A stretch of 64,000 nucleotides of DNA from an uncultured Gemmatimonadales bacterium (GCA_963798085.1 CAWCRS010000007.1:448001-512000); one strand, 5' to 3'; counted from the stretch's first letter, positions 44,337 to 55,114 are shown. Made by a program: numbers and translations. The notes: generated by a model from the letters alone, not told the origin.

Positions 44337-45314
44337 ATGAGACCAGCCGTTCCTGTGCGCCGTGCCGCCGCCGTCGCCGCGCTGCTGCTCACCTGCGCCG
44401 CAGCCGGGGCGAGTGGCCAGGTGCAACTGCAGGGACGCGTGGTGGAGCGGGGCACCACCGCCGGGCTTGGCGGAGTCAGCATCGAGGTCAGCGGAGCGGG
44501 TCGTGCGCTCACGGACTCTAACGGTGGGTTTCACTTCAACGGGCTCGCGGCCGGCCGCTACACGCTGAACGTGCAGGGCCTCGGCTACCGGCCCGTCGAC
44601 CTGGCCGTGGTGCTGCGCGCGGACACGTCGATCGTGATCGAGCTGGTCCCTGCGCCTGTCGCCCTGGATACCATCACGGCGCAGGCGAGGGTCATGTCCA
44701 TCCGCGGACACGTGGAGGACGGCGCGACCGGTCGCGAGATCATTGATGCGGAAGTCGTGGCGGGCGAACGGCGGGCTTCGACCAATGTGGCCGGCGATTT
44801 CCGGCTGAACGGCCTGCCACAGGGACAGCCGGCCAGGCTCTCGGTGCGCGCGTTCGGCTACGCTCCGGTCGACACGGTGATCCCTGCCGATACGCCGGAG
44901 CGCCTGCGTTTCCGGCTGCGGCCGGATCCCATTGCGCTGCAGATGATCGCGGCGCAGGTCGATCGCCTGGATCAGCGAACACTGCGTTCGCCATTCGGTC
45001 GCGAGGTGATCGGGCGGGACGAGCTGCTGCTGAAGATGCACTCGTCGACAGCCTACGATGTGCTCATCGATCACCTCGGTACCTTCCGCCTGCGCCGTAT
45101 TGTGTGCGTGCTGATCGACGACCGCGAGCGGCCGTACGGCGTGGATGAGCTGAAGAGCTACCTGCCGGATCAGATCGAGCGCATGGAGTGGCTGACAAGG
45201 CACCCCGATCGCTCGATCATGCTCCGCATCTACACGCGCGGCTACCTGCAGGACCTGGTGGCCGGCGGTGCGAAACTGACACCGCTGATATTCGTCGAGC
45301 GCATGTGTCGGTGA
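44337..45314 (+). CDS. Secreted protein with two carboxypeptidase-regulatory-like domains and a degenerate TonB-plug-like C-terminus
   Basis: GRVVE..TDSNGGF..GRYTL..LGY repeated twice; PDQIERMEW..LRIYTR. Confidence 0.72.
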   Translation: MRPAVPVRRAAAVAALLLTCAAAGASGQVQLQGRVVERGTTAGLGGVSIEVSGAGRALTDSNGGFHFNGLAAGRYTLNVQGLGYRPVDLAVVLRADTSIVIELVPAPVALDTITAQARVMSIRGHVEDGATGREIIDAEVVAGERRASTNVAGDFRLNGLPQGQPARLSVRAFGYAPVDTVIPADTPERLRFRLRPDPIALQMIAAQVDRLDQRTLRSPFGREVIGRDELLLKMHSSTAYDVLIDHLGTFRLRRIVCVLIDDRERPYGVDELKSYLPDQIERMEWLTRHPDRSIMLRIYTRGYLQDLVAGGAKLTPLIFVERMCR

Positions 45315-45490
45315 GCGCCGCGGTCGTCCGTCGCCTTCCGCGAACGCGCGCGGGCTGGTAGCATTGGCAGGTCCGGGCAACGCCCGGCGGCACAAATGCG
45401 TCAGATGTCACGTGCGCAATTCGCGCGTGGCAACCCCCGTTCCGTACGGAATCGTGGCCGCGGCGAGGCTCACGTTCCCGAGGAGGACGC

Positions 45491-46243
45491 ATGCAGTTTA
45501 CGTGGCGCTCTCTTGGCGCACTGGTGTTGCTGCTCAGTCCGTGCGCCGCCAGTGGCCAGCGCATTGCCGGCTTTGTCAGGGACGCGGCAACAGGCGAAAT
45601 CATTGCGTCCGCGCTGGTCCAGCTGGTAAAGGCGGACAGCACGGTGGCCGCCACGACGTTCACCGACGTGGGCGGCAGCTTCAGCTTCCCCATCGCTGAT
45701 GCACCCGCGGGTGGCTACATCTACGCGGGTCGGCTCGGCTATCGCACGCTGCGCGTGACGTTCCGCGAGCTGCCGCTGGACCTCACCCACCTCACGCTCG
45801 ACCTGGAGCGCGATCCCGTACAGCTCGCGCCCATCGCAGCGACTGTACCGCGCAGCCGCGAGCTCGAGCAGAACGGCTTCTACAACCGGCGCAAGCTCGG
45901 CTTCGGCAAGTTCATCACGCGCGACATGCTGGAGCAGCAGCTGCAGACCGCGACGCGTGTGGATGAAGTATTGCGCACGGTGCCCGGCATTCTGCGCGTC
46001 GATGCGGTGGACAACGACGCCGTCGTCTACGTGCAGGGCTCGGCGAATTTCAACGGTCCCTGTCCCGCGCTCATTTACCTCGACGGCCACAACGAGGGCA
46101 AGGTGCTGCCCCGCATGTCGCCCACTGATGTGGAAGCGATCGAGGTGTATCGCGGGGCGGCTGAGGTGCCCGCGCAGTATGGCGGCGCGAATTCCGCGTG
46201 CGGTGTGATCCTGATCTGGACCCGCACGGGTGCAGGAGGGTGA
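45491..46243 (+). CDS. Secreted carboxypeptidase-regulatory domain plus TonB-plug-like domain, no barrel
   Basis: GFYNRRKLGFGKFITR..CPALIYLDG..DVEAIEVYRG....P.QYG....CGVILIWTR. Confidence 0.8.
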   Translation: MQFTWRSLGALVLLLSPCAASGQRIAGFVRDAATGEIIASALVQLVKADSTVAATTFTDVGGSFSFPIADAPAGGYIYAGRLGYRTLRVTFRELPLDLTHLTLDLERDPVQLAPIAATVPRSRELEQNGFYNRRKLGFGKFITRDMLEQQLQTATRVDEVLRTVPGILRVDAVDNDAVVYVQGSANFNGPCPALIYLDGHNEGKVLPRMSPTDVEAIEVYRGAAEVPAQYGGANSACGVILIWTRTGAGG

Positions 46244-46247
46244 GCCG

Positions 46248-46712
46248 ATGCCACGCGTGAGGTCAGCTCTGGTGCTCGGCCTGCTGCTGCTGGCCGGCTG
46301 CGCTTCGCCCGGGCCACTCCAGCTCGACGGCGTGAAGCCGGGCGAACGCGTGCGCGCCACCCCGCGCACGGGCTCATCCGACAGCGTGATCGACGCCACA
46401 CTGCGACGCCAGGTCGAGGGGTCACTCGAAATCACCCGCGCCGCGGATCCGACGATCTACCGCATTCCCATCCTCGACCTGGAACGCCTCGAGGTCGTGC
46501 GCGGCCGCTCCCGACCGCGTGGCGCGCTCACCACCGCCAGCCTGACCGCGCTGGGTGGCTTGCTCGCCGGCATGGTCTGCCGCAGCGCCTGCGCCGAATC
46601 CCGCGGCCGCACCTGGGCGCCCCTCACCGGCTTCGCCCTCGGCGCTTCCGTTGGCGCCGTCACCGGTGCGATCCTCGCCCCCGCCCGCTGGGTGGAAGTA
46701 CGAATACACTGA
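46248..46712 (+). CDS. Hypothetical lipoprotein with C-terminal Gly-zipper-like helices
   Basis: Lipobox LLAGC; LERLEVVRG; two hydrophobic Gly-rich segments. Confidence 0.65.
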   Translation: MPRVRSALVLGLLLLAGCASPGPLQLDGVKPGERVRATPRTGSSDSVIDATLRRQVEGSLEITRAADPTIYRIPILDLERLEVVRGRSRPRGALTTASLTALGGLLAGMVCRSACAESRGRTWAPLTGFALGASVGAVTGAILAPARWVEVRIH

Positions 46713-46743
46713 GACAACACCAGCCCGTTAACGGGATGTTAAT

Positions 46744-46970
46744 GCGTTGCTGGGGCTGGTTGCTGGGGCTGGTTGCCCGGGAACAGATGAACGGATGTGC
46801 AACGAGCGAATGAACGCGCCCGTGACGAGTCAGACCGAGTCGTCCGTACCGCCGTTCCCCAGCAACCAGTTCCACGAACGCTGTCCGTCCGTTCTGCCGT
46901 TCCCCATCAACCAGCCCCAGCAGCGCTGTCAGTCGGTTCGGCCGTTCCCCAGCAACCAGCCCGAGCAACT
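46744..46970. repeat. REP-like family 2 cluster: inverted arm plus three 45-bp tandem units
   Basis: GCCGTTCCCCA(G/T)CAACCAG at 46851, 46896 and 46941; complementary arm GTTGCTGGGGCTGGTTGCTGGGG at 46746. Confidence 0.8.
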
Positions 46971-46983
46971 TTGTCAGTGCTTG

Positions 46984-47505
46984 CTATCTCCCGGGAAGCC
47001 TCCGATAGGTATACGACTCCGCGCCGTCCGCGACGCGCGCGCCGCCGTCCACGCGGATGTCGATGGAGCCGTCATCCTTGCGCGTGTAGAGCAGACGCTT
47101 GGGGAAGTCGTGTTCGGGGTTCTCGAAAATCGCGGTGTGCCCGTCCCAGCTGGTGAGGCGGAAATCGGTGGGCGGCTGCCCCATGGGCTGGGCCACGTAG
47201 AAGATGCCCGCAGGCCGCGTCTCGATGCGCAGGAACTCGAATGCCACCATGCGGCCGTTGGCCAAGGTGCGGCCCATTCCCAACATGGCGTTAGAGGCAG
47301 GCTCGGTCCAGTATTCCTCGACATTGCGCCCCTTGACCACGGCGCCCCAGCCGCCGGTGATCCAGCGCAGGTCCTCCATGGCGGGCTGTTTCAGCTGCGC
47401 CGCGCCGGGCGTGGCCAGGATGCAGGCGACGATGCCCGGTCCGGCCACCGTCCGCACCCACGTACGCCAGGAGTACCGCAGCAGCAGGCTGGACCGGCGC
47501 TTCAT
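46984..47505 (-). CDS. DUF6265-like secreted protein
   Basis: LRWITG.W..EEYW..MLG..FEFLRI..FENPEHDFPKR..Y. Confidence 0.75.
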   Translation of the reverse strand: MKRRSSLLLRYSWRTWVRTVAGPGIVACILATPGAAQLKQPAMEDLRWITGGWGAVVKGRNVEEYWTEPASNAMLGMGRTLANGRMVAFEFLRIETRPAGIFYVAQPMGQPPTDFRLTSWDGHTAIFENPEHDFPKRLLYTRKDDGSIDIRVDGGARVADGAESYTYRRLPGR

Positions 47506-47570
47506 GGCCACCTCGTATCGGCTGGGAGGACAGGCGACGCCGGGCGCGGCGCCGTCTCGCGCAATGATAG

Positions 47571-48419
47571 TCAGGCGAGGCCGAATGTATAGGATGAATG
47601 CGCCGGGCGCCCGGCGCGCGTGAACAGGTGGGTGAACGGAATGTCGCGCGCAAACAGGCAGCCAGGCGGTTCACCGGCAAACGCGCGAAAGTCGCGGATG
47701 AGGTGCGACTGGTCGTAATAGCCGCAGCGCACGGCCACGCGCGCCCAGGCGGGATCGCCCCGGTCCACCGCGCGGAACACACCCTGAAAGCGTTGCAGCC
47801 GCGCGAACAGCTTGGGGCTCAGCCCGACTTCGGCGCGGAAGCGGCGCTCGAAGGCGCGCGTGCTCAGACCCAGCAGGTCGCCCAGCGCATCGATACGCAC
47901 GGCACCCGCCGCGCGCACCATCGCATCCACCGCCGCGCGCATTGCCTCATCAGGCGGGGTCGCGCGTCTGCGTACATGGCGCAGCAGCGCATCCTGCACG
48001 AAACCCCGGCGTGACGCCGGCGACAGTGCGTGCTGCGTCGTCGCCTGCAACTCCGTTTCCAGACGCGGCAGCAATGCACCCAGTGCCTGCATGCCGCCGG
48101 TCAGCTCGCTCACGGGCAGGCCCAGCAGTGCCCGGCCGCCATGCGGGCGGAAGCGCACGCCTGCCAGATCGATGCGGCGGCCGGGCTGGATCACGACGGG
48201 CTGCGTCATCTGGCCCACGAGCATGATGCGCGGCTGCCACTCGCACCCTCCGGTCGCATGCTCCCGGCGCACGGGATCGCCGGCATTCACCACCAGCTCC
48301 ATGCAGCCATCGGGCAGAATGCGTTCACTCCGGGCCGCGCCGGCCTGTGCCCTGAGCGTCCAGATGCACTCGAGATACGGCTGCAGCGCGGGCGCCGGCT
48401 GCTGCTCGCGATACTGCAT
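47571..48419 (-). CDS. AraC-family transcriptional regulator (DUF6597-type N-terminus)
   Basis: ILPDGC, ERRF...VGLSPK, GYYDQSHLIRDF. Confidence 0.92.
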   Translation of the reverse strand: MQYREQQPAPALQPYLECIWTLRAQAGAARSERILPDGCMELVVNAGDPVRREHATGGCEWQPRIMLVGQMTQPVVIQPGRRIDLAGVRFRPHGGRALLGLPVSELTGGMQALGALLPRLETELQATTQHALSPASRRGFVQDALLRHVRRRATPPDEAMRAAVDAMVRAAGAVRIDALGDLLGLSTRAFERRFRAEVGLSPKLFARLQRFQGVFRAVDRGDPAWARVAVRCGYYDQSHLIRDFRAFAGEPPGCLFARDIPFTHLFTRAGRPAHSSYTFGLA

Positions 48420-49517
48420 CAGGGCTCGCCCACCGCGAAGGTGCCGCGAACAGCGGTGTCAGCAGGCACCCGCCCGCTGCGCACCCGCCGCGCGCCCGTG
48501 CCGCGGGACAGCGTGATGAGCGCGACACCGGCGAGGATCACCGCCGCCGCCAGACCGATGCGCGCCGTGAGCACCTCGCCGCCCAGCAGCCAGCCCAGCA
48601 GCACGGCCACCACGGGATTGACGTACGCGTAGGTCGCGACGCGCGCAGGCGAGGTCACGCGCAGCAGCCAGATGTAGGCGGAGTAGCCAATGATCGCGCC
48701 GAAGAACACGAGATAGAAGAACGATACCACCGATTTCGCCGACACCCCGCCGGGGTGCACCTGCACCATCTCGCCGGTGAGCCCGGCGAGCAGCAGCAGA
48801 GCGCCGCCGCCACAGAGCATCTGCATGCCGGTGCCCAGCATGGCACTGCGCGGCAGGCTGGCGTGCCGCGAGTAGATCGAGCCGACGGACCAGCTGACGG
48901 AACCGAGCATGAGCGCGAGCGCGCCCAGCGGATCCACGCGACCGCCGCCCATGAGCTGATCGGGCCCCACGAGCAGCGCGATGCCGCCCATGCCGAGGGC
49001 GAGTCCGGCGACGACGAGCGCGCGCGGCCGCTCGCCCCGCGGCCGCAGCCAGTCGAGCAGAACCATCCAACAGGGTGTTATCGCGACCATCAGCGCGGCC
49101 ACGCCGGTGGGCAGCCGCTGCACCGACCAGGTGACCGCGCCATTTCCGCCCATGAGCATGAGCACGCCGATCACCGCGGCCGAACGCCAGTGTTCGCGAT
49201 CCGGCCAGGCAGCGCCACGCAACCGCGCCCACGCCACGATGAGCGAACCCGCCAGCACGAAGCGCAGGCCCGCCATCACGAACGGCGGCACGCTCTCGAT
49301 CGCGAAATGGATCGCGATGTAGGTGGAACCCCGAGATGACGTAGACCGCGGCGAACGCCGCGATCATCCGGCTCAGCGACGCCTGCCCGCCGCCCGATTG
49401 CGCTGCCAGTCGACCACCTCCGCCGCACCGCTCGCGTGCCACACGCGGACGGTGGCGCCGCACGAATGGGGATTCACGATGCGCGCCCGCCGCGCCCGCC
49501 GCGCCCGCCCGGGACAC
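48419..49517 (-). CDS. EamA/YedA DMT-family transporter; +1 frameshift at about 49333, start uncertain
   Basis: Removing one base restores AVYVIWGSTYIAI; RFVLAG, YAYVNPVVAVLLG. Confidence 0.87.
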
Positions 49518-49531
49518 CCGCGCGCACGATG

Positions 49532-52500
49532 CTAACGCACGCCGGGTCGCGGTTCAATCCGGGTGTTGACGGGCAGAGGTGAAACAGGGACCGGCTGCTG
49601 CTGGCCGCCGCCACGGCGGGTCCAGATCAGGACCACGCCACACGGGTTCTTGTACTGAATCGGCGTGTTCGCTCCCATGTAGATCTCCACGCCTTCGATC
49701 TGCGTCGGATCGACCATGTTGTAGTCGCTCAATCGCGCTGTGTAGACCCCGCCGGGATGATCCTGCAGCAGCGCGCCATCCAGGTAGATGTCCGGCACGC
49801 AGCCATAGACGGCGTTGCGATCGCCACGCATCTCCGGATCCGGCCAGCGCCGGAAACGAATGACCCGCCGTCCCGCTTCCACGAACATCACGATCGAACC
49901 GGGCAGCTTCTGCACGAGGTCCGTGAAATACACCGGCGCCTGCCGCTCAATGTCCGCACGCGTGATGAACGTGCCGTTGAAGCCGGCATGCTCGCGCCGG
50001 TCGTAGAAACCGGAATCCATGAGCTTGCCGGAACGAACTTCGACCGTGATCGCGGGCAGGGGGACGGCGCGCGTGGCCAGTGGCAGCGTGGCGTCGACAA
50101 TGCCGCCCGGCTCGAGCGCAATCGAGTCGCGGCGCGTCCGGTACGTCATGTTGTCGGCGACCATCTCGTAAACGCCCGGCGGAATGTTCTCCAGCCGGAA
50201 TCGGCCATCCGCGCCGCTCATGGCCGAGACGTCCGTGCCGCTCAGCGTCACCCGCACCGAGCCAATGCCGCGACCCGTGGCGTTATCCAGTACACGTCCG
50301 AAGATGCGCGCCGGCGCGCCCACACTCTCGCTCCTGCCGCCGCCCGAGCCGCGCGCTGACGCACTGTTGCTGTCATTGACGATGGAGCGCGGCTGCACCG
50401 TGGCGACCAGAGTGGCGCGACGCACACTGTCCAATGCCGGCATCGCCAGCGGCAGTGGCGGGTGCGACGGGATGGCGAGCAGTACATCCACGGACTCACG
50501 GCGTGCGATTTCGACCTGCAACGTGTCCGGACGCCAGCCGAGCTCATTCAGTCTGGGATGGCGGAAGGATACCGCATACCAGCCCGGCGCCAGGTTCGCG
50601 AAACGGAAATGCCCGTCCGCATCCGTCTGCACCCGGCGGTCCTCGCCCGCCAGATAGACCTGCGCACCGGCCAACGGCGCCTTGTTCGTGCTGTCGAAGA
50701 CCATGCCGGTCAGCACTGATGCGGTTTCCAGCGCGATGGGCAGCGACGATGCCAGCTGCAGCTGCAGATCCAGCGTCGACCAGGCTTTCAGCTCGATGGC
50801 TTCCTGCCAGAGCGATGCGCCCGGGTACTCCGCACGCACCTGGTAGTGGCCCGGCAGCAGGCGGGCCACACTGAATTCACCTGCCGCATCTGATATTACG
50901 CTGTTAGAGCCGGGCTCAATGTCGACGCGTACGCCGCCCAGCGGCTGCCCGGTCGCCAGGTCCACCGTGTTGCCGCGAACGCCGCCGTAGACCTCGTAAT
51001 CGACGGCGCGCCGGTCCAGCCAGTTCCACAGCAGCAGCGTGCCGCAGGTCGAATCGGCGGGCAGCGGGCTGGCGCCACGCTCGTAAAGCTCGAGACCATC
51101 GAGTCGCGAGATCTCCAGCAGGTCATCCAGGCGCAGGGCGCGCATCCCCGCCGGGTGCGCGTCCGTGCTGGCGCTCACCTTGCCCGGCCGCACCAGCGCG
51201 CCGTTGTACACAATGCCCACCGGGCAGCCCACCGCAATCGCGGAATCGGGCGGCGCCAGCGTCAGCACATCGCCATAATTCGCCAGATGCTGGATGCGAA
51301 CGCGCGGGGAACGTCGCAACAGATCAGACAGCCGGCGCGCGCCCGTCGCGGGAATGTCATCGCGTGTGAACTGCAGCAGCGCCTTGTGCTCGCTGTAACG
51401 CTGCGGGAATCCTTTCGAGCGCAGCCAGACCGAGAGGGGATCGGAAGCACCGAGGGCCTTCTTCGTTTCCCGCGCAGGCACAATCGCGCGCACGGTGTCG
51501 TCATTCGTTTCGCCGCTCAGCACCACGCGGGGCGGCCTCGCCGGAACGGCCAGCGCGATCTCCGTGACCAGCCCGCTGGAAAGCGTCACCGGCTCGGGCA
51601 GCGGCGACCAGTGGTACGCACTCAGGCGGGGATGGCGGAAGGCCACGCTGTAGCTCTTCGCCGGCAGATCCGTAATACGGAAGCGGCCCTCCGCATCCGT
51701 GCGCGTGATGTAGCTGGTGCCGTCGAGATAAACTTCCGCGTCCACGAGCGGCGCACCCGCAGCACTGTCATAGACCATGCCCGCGAGTACCGCTCCCTGC
51801 ACTGTGCCCAGCACCTTGCCATCGCGGCCGAACACGCTCGTTACTTCGCCGCCTTCCGCATGGATGCCGACGACCTGCTCCGTCTGCGTGCTCAGTTCCG
51901 CCGCCATGCGCGCGCCCCGCACCGACTGCTCGACCAGCTCCACGATGGGCGTACGAATCTCCCAGCTGTGCACCACGAACGAGCCGTCAGGAAGGTGCTC
52001 GAATTCGACATGACCGCCATACGCCCCCGCCGACAGCGCGGACGGCACGCGCGTGTAGCGGAACTCCAGCGAACGCAGCTCCGAGGTGCGCTGGTTCAGC
52101 CAGATGACGCCCGTGATGTCGCTCACGCGGCGCCGCGGCACTGGCTCGAACACGAGCCCGATCTGGCCTTCGTGATCGCTGTCCCGGCGCAGCGTGAAGC
52201 AGTGCGTGTCCAGGAAGGAGCCGGAGAGCAGCACGTCGCCATTCGGGCCGTAGAAGTAGTAACGGCTGTCGGACAGGGCGATGTATCCCTTCGACGCCAG
52301 TTCCTCGGCGGGATGGCTGATGAACGGCTCGCCTGACACGCGATAGAGGAACTGCGGATGCTCTTCCAGCACGCGCTGGCCGGCAGGATCGAGACGACGC
52401 TCGAAACGCGCCAGGTCGAAACGATAGCGCTGCTGCGCCCTCGCCTCCGCTTCCACCGCCAGCGCTTTCCTCGCCTCCTCCCAGACCCGCTGCGTGGCCG

Positions 52501-52912
52501 CGCCGCCACTGGTGCGCAGCGCACACGTCCGGGACGCGCTCACGTCCAGTTTCGCCAGCAGGACCGGCTCTGGAGCCAGCTCCAGCGTGACCACGCGCAT
52601 GGAGTCGCGGCTCAGGACTAACTCCGTGCTTGTGGCGGTGCGCCGGCCGATCATTTCGGCGAGCACGTGGTAGCGGCCGGCCGCACGCACGTCGATGGCG
52701 AAGGCGCCCTGCTCGTTGGTCAGCACGCCGATCACATTGCGACCTGCGCCATCGACCAGCACCACGTGCGCACCCAGCACGGGCAGGCCCGTGCCCGCCT
52801 CCAGCACGCGGCCGCGCAGCAGCTGCGCCTGCACGGGCAGGGCGAGCAGCCAGGGCAGCAACAGCACCGGCCACCGGCTGAAATGCGTTCCGACTGTCTG
52901 CAAGCCACGCAT
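49532..52912 (-). CDS. Large secreted protein with five carboxypeptidase-regulatory-like domains and two TonB-plug-like domains, no barrel
   Basis: Signal peptide; repeated G.V.D...G.PL.GA.V; CGTLLLW and IEGVEIY..CGVVLIWTR. Confidence 0.8.
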   Translation of the reverse strand: MRGLQTVGTHFSRWPVLLLPWLLALPVQAQLLRGRVLEAGTGLPVLGAHVVLVDGAGRNVIGVLTNEQGAFAIDVRAAGRYHVLAEMIGRRTATSTELVLSRDSMRVVTLELAPEPVLLAKLDVSASRTCALRTSGGAATQRVWEEARKALAVEAEARAQQRYRFDLARFERRLDPAGQRVLEEHPQFLYRVSGEPFISHPAEELASKGYIALSDSRYYFYGPNGDVLLSGSFLDTHCFTLRRDSDHEGQIGLVFEPVPRRRVSDITGVIWLNQRTSELRSLEFRYTRVPSALSAGAYGGHVEFEHLPDGSFVVHSWEIRTPIVELVEQSVRGARMAAELSTQTEQVVGIHAEGGEVTSVFGRDGKVLGTVQGAVLAGMVYDSAAGAPLVDAEVYLDGTSYITRTDAEGRFRITDLPAKSYSVAFRHPRLSAYHWSPLPEPVTLSSGLVTEIALAVPARPPRVVLSGETNDDTVRAIVPARETKKALGASDPLSVWLRSKGFPQRYSEHKALLQFTRDDIPATGARRLSDLLRRSPRVRIQHLANYGDVLTLAPPDSAIAVGCPVGIVYNGALVRPGKVSASTDAHPAGMRALRLDDLLEISRLDGLELYERGASPLPADSTCGTLLLWNWLDRRAVDYEVYGGVRGNTVDLATGQPLGGVRVDIEPGSNSVISDAAGEFSVARLLPGHYQVRAEYPGASLWQEAIELKAWSTLDLQLQLASSLPIALETASVLTGMVFDSTNKAPLAGAQVYLAGEDRRVQTDADGHFRFANLAPGWYAVSFRHPRLNELGWRPDTLQVEIARRESVDVLLAIPSHPPLPLAMPALDSVRRATLVATVQPRSIVNDSNSASARGSGGGRSESVGAPARIFGRVLDNATGRGIGSVRVTLSGTDVSAMSGADGRFRLENIPPGVYEMVADNMTYRTRRDSIALEPGGIVDATLPLATRAVPLPAITVEVRSGKLMDSGFYDRREHAGFNGTFITRADIERQAPVYFTDLVQKLPGSIVMFVEAGRRVIRFRRWPDPEMRGDRNAVYGCVPDIYLDGALLQDHPGGVYTARLSDYNMVDPTQIEGVEIYMGANTPIQYKNPCGVVLIWTRRGGGQQQPVPVSPLPVNTRIEPRPGVR

Positions 52913-52960
52913 GTGTGCCTCCGCCCCGGGGGTTGCGGGATGTGCGGGCGCCAGCGGGAT

Positions 52961-55114
52961 TCAGCGCAACGGATGCGGGCGACGAAGTGATGTCCGACGG
53001 CTCGCCGCGCGATGACGCACGACGGTCGCGTGCGGGACACGCTGCCACGGCACATCAATGCGCGTCACGCCCAGAGCGCGCACCGTCAGCGGCTGAACCG
53101 GTCCGGTGCGGCCGACCAGCTCCGTGTGCAGATCGTAGACGCCGGGAACCAGCGCCGGCACCAGGAAGTTTCCGGCCGCATCGGTGAGTACCGTGCTGGC
53201 ACTGCCAATGCTGACGCGCACACCGGCCACGGGGGCCCGTGATTCATCCAGCACACGCCCGCTCACCACGCCCACGAACGGCGCCTCGACCCGCTCGCGG
53301 TCACGCCAGCTCCACAGCAGCAGCGCGCCACAGCCAGTGGCGGTGGCCACCGGACTCTCGAGCGCGTCGTACAACTCGAGGCCGTTGAGACTCGTGACAG
53401 CAAGCAGCGAGTCCAGCGCAAACGATCTGTTATCGAGACCGAAGCGCACGGGCGCGCCGTTCAGGAACACCTCCAGCGCACAGTTCTGACCACGATCACC
53501 GCCGCCCGCCAGACGCAGCTCCTGCCCGCCGCTCGAGAAGTCGTGCACAGCGACGCCCTTCACCAGGCGCAGCAGGTCCGTGATGGTGCGGGCACCGCTC
53601 GACCGGATCTGGAAACTGGTCATGGATGCCCGGTCACGCTCCTGGCGCAGGCGCTCGGTGAAGCCCTTGCTCGCCAGCCACGCCGCCAGCACGGCGTCGT
53701 CCGGCGGCAGGGCGGGAAGCGCGGCCGCGCTGTCACGCCACGCCATTTCCGCCTTCGTCAGCAGGTACGGCACGGCGAGCGGCACCACCAGCGACAGCGC
53801 GGTCACATGTCCACGCCTCAGCTCGACCGGCTGCGGCATGGGCTCCCAGTTGTGCACCGCGGGCAATGGCTGGCGGAAGGTGACCGCGTACCGGCCTTCC
53901 GGCAGATCGGATATGCGATACTGCCCGACACTGTCCGTGACCGTCGCATAATTGGTGTTAGCCAGGTACACGGCGGCGCCCGCCACCGGCTCACCCGTGG
54001 CACTGTCGCGTACCTCGCCGATCAGCGTGGCCCGGGCCGCGGCCTGCACCGTGCGCCCCGCCCGGTCGATGATGCTCAGGACTTCGCCGCCCTCCGCGAA
54101 CTGACCGGTCAGCACTTCCCGGCTGAGCGGCTGATTGGAGAACATGCTGTTCGTGCGCCCCACAATGGGCGACCAGATCTGCCAGCTGCGCACAATGAAC
54201 GCGCCATCCGGCAGACGCTGGAATTCCACGTCGCCGCCATAGCGCCCGGCGGGCAGTTCCCGCGGCAGCCTGGTGTAGCCGAACTCCAGCGTGCGCAGCT
54301 CGGCCGAACGCTGATCCAGCCACAGCACACCCTGCACGTCGGGCAGCCGTCGACCGGGCGCCGGCGCGAACTCGAGACCGATCTGACCCGGATGCCGCCC
54401 CGCATCACGACGCAGACGCAGACAGTGCGTGTCGAGGAAACTCTCGGAGAGCAGCACATCGCCGTTCGGACCGTAGAGCACAAACGCATCCGCGTCCTCC
54501 GCGACATACCCGTGCGTCGCCAGCTGGTCCGCCGGCAGACTGACGAAGGGATCACCCGAGAAACGCGACTTGAAACTCGCGCTCTCCTTGACCACCTGCC
54601 GACCCTCCGCATCCAGCGTGCGCTCGTAGCGCGTGACATTGAAGCGATACAGGTGCTCCGTGCGCACCGTCGCCTCCACCGCGAGCGCCTTCCTCGCCTC
54701 TTCCCAGACCGTCTCCGTCGCCAGACCCGCGGCCGGCCGCACCTGACACCGGTGCAATGCCCGCACGTCCAGTGCGTCCAGTCGGATCGGCTCCGGCGGC
54801 AGCTGCAGCGTGAGATCGATGCGCGCTTCACGCGTCAGATCGAAAGGCGCACTCGTCACGGTGCGCCGCCCGATCATTTCCGCGCGCAGCGTGTACCGCC
54901 CCGTCGCCTGCAGATTCATGACGAAATTCCCGTGCTCGTCCGCCAGTACACCGAATCGCGACCGCCCCGCATCGTCCACCAGCACCACGTGTGTGCCCAG
55001 CACGCCCGCGCCCGTGAGCGAATCCACCACGCGCCCGCGCACCACCTGCGCGCGCAGCGCGACGCTGCAGCACAATACCAGGATGCAGGCGACGATGCCG
55101 CTTCGACTCTTCAT
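52961..55114 (-). CDS. Paralog of the adjacent gene (three carboxypeptidase-regulatory-like domains, one plug-like domain)
   Basis: Shares WEEARKALAVEA, YGPNGDVLLS.SFLDTHC, ELR.LEF.YTR, LPDG.F.V.SW.I with 49532-52912. Confidence 0.8.
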   Translation of the reverse strand: MKSRSGIVACILVLCCSVALRAQVVRGRVVDSLTGAGVLGTHVVLVDDAGRSRFGVLADEHGNFVMNLQATGRYTLRAEMIGRRTVTSAPFDLTREARIDLTLQLPPEPIRLDALDVRALHRCQVRPAAGLATETVWEEARKALAVEATVRTEHLYRFNVTRYERTLDAEGRQVVKESASFKSRFSGDPFVSLPADQLATHGYVAEDADAFVLYGPNGDVLLSESFLDTHCLRLRRDAGRHPGQIGLEFAPAPGRRLPDVQGVLWLDQRSAELRTLEFGYTRLPRELPAGRYGGDVEFQRLPDGAFIVRSWQIWSPIVGRTNSMFSNQPLSREVLTGQFAEGGEVLSIIDRAGRTVQAAARATLIGEVRDSATGEPVAGAAVYLANTNYATVTDSVGQYRISDLPEGRYAVTFRQPLPAVHNWEPMPQPVELRRGHVTALSLVVPLAVPYLLTKAEMAWRDSAAALPALPPDDAVLAAWLASKGFTERLRQERDRASMTSFQIRSSGARTITDLLRLVKGVAVHDFSSGGQELRLAGGGDRGQNCALEVFLNGAPVRFGLDNRSFALDSLLAVTSLNGLELYDALESPVATATGCGALLLWSWRDRERVEAPFVGVVSGRVLDESRAPVAGVRVSIGSASTVLTDAAGNFLVPALVPGVYDLHTELVGRTGPVQPLTVRALGVTRIDVPWQRVPHATVVRHRAASRRTSLRRPHPLR

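Noticed and set aside
46835..46970. 45-bp periodic repeats as a CRISPR array
   Set aside because: The intervening segments resemble each other, so this is a tandem repeat rather than unique spacers
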